Shown: positions 61,717 through 64,000 of the stretch, in pieces
How positions within the stretch are numbered: position 1 is the first letter of the stretch
Layout: each line of letters opens with the position of its first letter
NCBI GenBank assembly: GCA_034429935.1
Contig: DAOUFJ010000018.1
Coordinates: forward strand, 19,862-83,861
DNA from: Dehalococcoidales bacterium
GTDB taxonomy: Bacteria > Chloroflexota > Dehalococcoidia > Dehalococcoidales > UBA5627
DNA length: 64,000 nucleotides
Reading direction: 5' to 3'
The notes under the pieces: model-generated
What the model saw: only the letters and a program-made list of their open reading frames with translations
Databases searched by the model: none
What the model was told of the DNA's origin: nothing
Program-made: the position numbers and the translations under genes

Positions 61717-63234
61717 ATGCAGGGGAAAGTATTGATGGTTCAGGGAACGGCATCTTCGGTGGGCAAGAGCATACTGGTTACCGCTCTCTGCCGCATCCTG
61801 AAACAGGACGGTTATAAAGTAGCCCCTTTCAAGGCGCAGAATATGTCGCTTAATTCCTTCGTTACACCTGACGGCGGGGAAATCGGGAGGGCGCAGGCGG
61901 TGCAGGCGGAAGCGGCGGGCGTTGCACCCCATGTAGATATGAATCCGGTCTTATTGAAACCGGAAGCCGATAGCTGTTCGCAGGTAATAGTAATGGGAAA
62001 AGTGATGGATACTATATCCGCAGCGGATTATTACAATCATACCGGGAAATTACTGGAGGTCGTCTCGGCTTCTCTGGAGAGGCTCAGGTCTGTTTACGAT
62101 ATAGTCGTCATCGAGGGAGCCGGCAGCCCGGTCGAGGTCAACCTGAAAGACAGGGAAATTGTCAATATGCGGATTGCCAAACTGGCGAAATCGCCGGTTC
62201 TGCTTGCCGGGGATATCGACCGGGGCGGTGTTTTCGCATCTCTCGTCGGCACTCTCCATCTGCTGGAAGACGACGAAAGAGCTCTGGTAAAGGGGCTTAT
62301 TGTAAACAAGTTTCGCGGGGATATCGGTCTTTTCAAGTCCGGTATCGATTTTCTGGAAAATAAAACGGGTAAGCCGGTACTGGGCGTAATCCCGTATATG
62401 AAAGATATGAGTATTGCCCAGGAGGATTCGGTCTGTCTGGATGAAAGGTGTGATAGGGGAGTGTCAGGCGGTCTCGATGTGGTTGTAATAAGGTTGCCTC
62501 ATATTTCCAACTTCGATGACTTCGAGCCTCTGGAAAGTGACGGATGCAGCTTGCGCTATGTCGATAATCTTTTAGAATTGGGACACCCGCATCTTATTGT
62601 AATCCCGGGTAGCAAGAATACCGTAAACGACCTCGAATTTCTTAAAAATACCGGGCTGGCTTATTCTATTGTCGCTCTTGCAAACGAAGGAGTTCCGGTA
62701 TTCGCCATCTGCGGCGGCTACCAGATACTTGGACGTACGGTAGACGATACCGAGGGGGTGGAATCCGGCAATTGTGTGGCAAATGGTCTGGGATTGCTGG
62801 AAATGACAACCGTCTTCGAGCGCTGCAAGAGAACCGCTCAGGTCAGAGCCAGGGTAACGGCGGATACGGGGATACTGCACGGTTTGAAAGGATGCGAAGT
62901 TGCCGGTTATGAAATTCACATGGGGAAGAGTACGGTTATTAATAATAAATCTGCATTTCACGTCTATCAATCTTTACAGGGAGAGCAAGGGTACGATGAC
63001 GGAGCGATAAACAGGAAAGGTAATGTCGTCGGGACATATATTCACGGTATCTTCAATAACGATGATTTCAGAAACGGTTTTTTGAGGTCTTTACGCAGAT
63101 ATCACAGGTTAGCGGAGTGTAATTATGAAGGCATTATGAACAAAGAAGAGAGCTACGACAGGCTGGCGGAAACGGTGCGGCGCCATTTGGATATGAATAA
63201 AATATATGAAATAATAGAGGCGGGTATAAAATGA
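61717..63234 (+). CDS. cobQ: Cobyric acid synthase
   Basis: 505 aa. MVQGTASSVGKSILVTALCRIL..., FKAQNMSLNS, and a C-terminal GATase-3 domain (ICGGYQILG, GYEIHMG). Confidence 0.92.
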   Translation: MQGKVLMVQGTASSVGKSILVTALCRILKQDGYKVAPFKAQNMSLNSFVTPDGGEIGRAQAVQAEAAGVAPHVDMNPVLLKPEADSCSQVIVMGKVMDTISAADYYNHTGKLLEVVSASLERLRSVYDIVVIEGAGSPVEVNLKDREIVNMRIAKLAKSPVLLAGDIDRGGVFASLVGTLHLLEDDERALVKGLIVNKFRGDIGLFKSGIDFLENKTGKPVLGVIPYMKDMSIAQEDSVCLDERCDRGVSGGLDVVVIRLPHISNFDDFEPLESDGCSLRYVDNLLELGHPHLIVIPGSKNTVNDLEFLKNTGLAYSIVALANEGVPVFAICGGYQILGRTVDDTEGVESGNCVANGLGLLEMTTVFERCKRTAQVRARVTADTGILHGLKGCEVAGYEIHMGKSTVINNKSAFHVYQSLQGEQGYDDGAINRKGNVVGTYIHGIFNNDDFRNGFLRSLRRYHRLAECNYEGIMNKEESYDRLAETVRRHLDMNKIYEIIEAGIK

Positions 63235-64000
63235 GCAGTTCGCTATCGCAGATATTAAAAAGAATAGAGTCGCCGGATAAAAGCATGATGGATCTTGCTC
63301 GCAAGCGGCAGGATGCACTTACGAAGCCCAGGGGAAGCCTTGGGAAGCTGGAAGATGTATCGGTCAGGGTGGCCGGTATGCGCCGTCGTATTACCTCTGC
63401 GTTCGATGACAAAGCCATTATAGTTATGGCAGCCGACCACGGTGTGGTAGCGGAAGGGGTCAGTGCCTATCCGCAGTCAGTTACGCGGCAGATGGTGGCA
63501 CCGTTCCTGAACGGCTGTGCGGCTGTAAATGTCTTTGCACGGCATATCGGGGCGCGTGTAATCGTTGTCGATATGGGAGTTATCGGCGGATTCGACGGGA
63601 ATCCTTTGCTTGAAAATCAATCTATAGCTTTTGGCACGGATAATATGGCGAAAGGACCGGCTATGACTCGTAAGCAGGCAAGCGATGCCATCGAGTCCGG
63701 CATTGCCGTAATAGAGTCTCAGGTAGAGAAGGGTCTGGATATTGTCGGCACCGGTGAAATGGGTATAGGCAATACTACCGCTGCCAGTGCTATCTGTGCT
63801 ACGGTTAGCGGCAGGTCTGCAGCGGATGTAACCGGCAGGGGGACGGGTATCGACGATAGCCAGCTTCTTCATAAAATCGAGGTCATAAATCGTGCTCTGG
63901 AAGTCAATCGGCCTGATAATAATGACGGCATTGATATCCTTTCGAAGGTGGGCGGTTTCGAAATCGGGGGGCTGGCCGGTGTTATACTGGGAGCAGCAGC
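63231..64000 (+). CDS. cobT: Nicotinate-nucleotide--dimethylbenzimidazole phosphoribosyltransferase (partial; runs off the window end)
   Basis: Not in the track because no stop lies in the window. My translation from ATG 63231, which overlaps the cobQ stop by 4 nt: MSSSLSQILKRIESPD...LTKPRGSLGKLEDV...MAADHGV...GEMGIGNTTAASAI...GTGIDD... Confidence 0.88.
   Translation, partial: MSSSLSQILKRIESPDKSMMDLARKRQDALTKPRGSLGKLEDVSVRVAGMRRRITSAFDDKAIIVMAADHGVVAEGVSAYPQSVTRQMVAPFLNGCAAVNVFARHIGARVIVVDMGVIGGFDGNPLLENQSIAFGTDNMAKGPAMTRKQASDAIESGIAVIESQVEKGLDIVGTGEMGIGNTTAASAICATVSGRSAADVTGRGTGIDDSQLLHKIEVINRALEVNRPDNNDGIDILSKVGGFEIGGLAGVILGAA

Overview
This is a gene-dense 64-kb chromosomal window with about 56 protein genes. 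I recognised no rRNA, tRNA, CRISPR array, transposase or integrase. All calls come from reading the supplied ORF translations and the DNA by eye; no searches were run. The host looks like an anaerobic, salt-adapted, monoderm bacterium. My guess is a Chloroflexota/Dehalococcoidia-like organism, inferred from Rnf, a cobalamin-salvage operon, lipoproteins with Thr-rich stalks and the style of the intergenic palindromic repeats. Gene content in order:
- rnfD (partial) and rnfC.
- Paralogous PAS histidine kinases with a receiver.
- A Trm112-like mini-ORF missing from the ORF track.
- A sugar nucleotidyltransferase and a DUF2029-type membrane glycosyltransferase.
- A translationally coupled kamA / ATP-grasp / ATP-grasp / GNAT operon with a divergent M29 aminopeptidase.
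- thyX.
- An ~8.5-kb block that ends in a diverged copy of the thyX 3' end. It holds a kinase, an OmpR-type regulator, an extra receiver, a TAT/lipobox molybdopterin oxidoreductase, an Fe-S subunit, a membrane subunit and an FMN_bind protein.
- An AttEFGH-like ABC exporter, then recN.
- ectABC, an Isf-like flavoprotein and an OpuA betaine transporter.
- A six-gene Hyf/Ech-type membrane complex in which all NiFe ligands and three of four small-subunit Fe-S ligands are substituted.
- A VTC and DUF4956 pair.
- An AT-rich two-gene membrane cassette bracketed by repeat arrays, followed by a repeat-filled 1-kb gene-free gap.
- A PDZ-less HtrA with a two-component system.
- A presenilin/SPP-type intramembrane protease and a wHTH regulator.
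- A btuFCD-cobO-cbiB-cobD-cobQ-cobT (partial) operon.
The most noteworthy items are the apparently cofactor-less Ehr-like complex, the beta-lysine/ATP-grasp/GNAT operon (a possible new osmolyte or peptide pathway), the extracytoplasmic pyrogallol-transhydroxylase-like molybdoenzyme module with its thyX-scar boundary, and the bacterial presenilin homologue.
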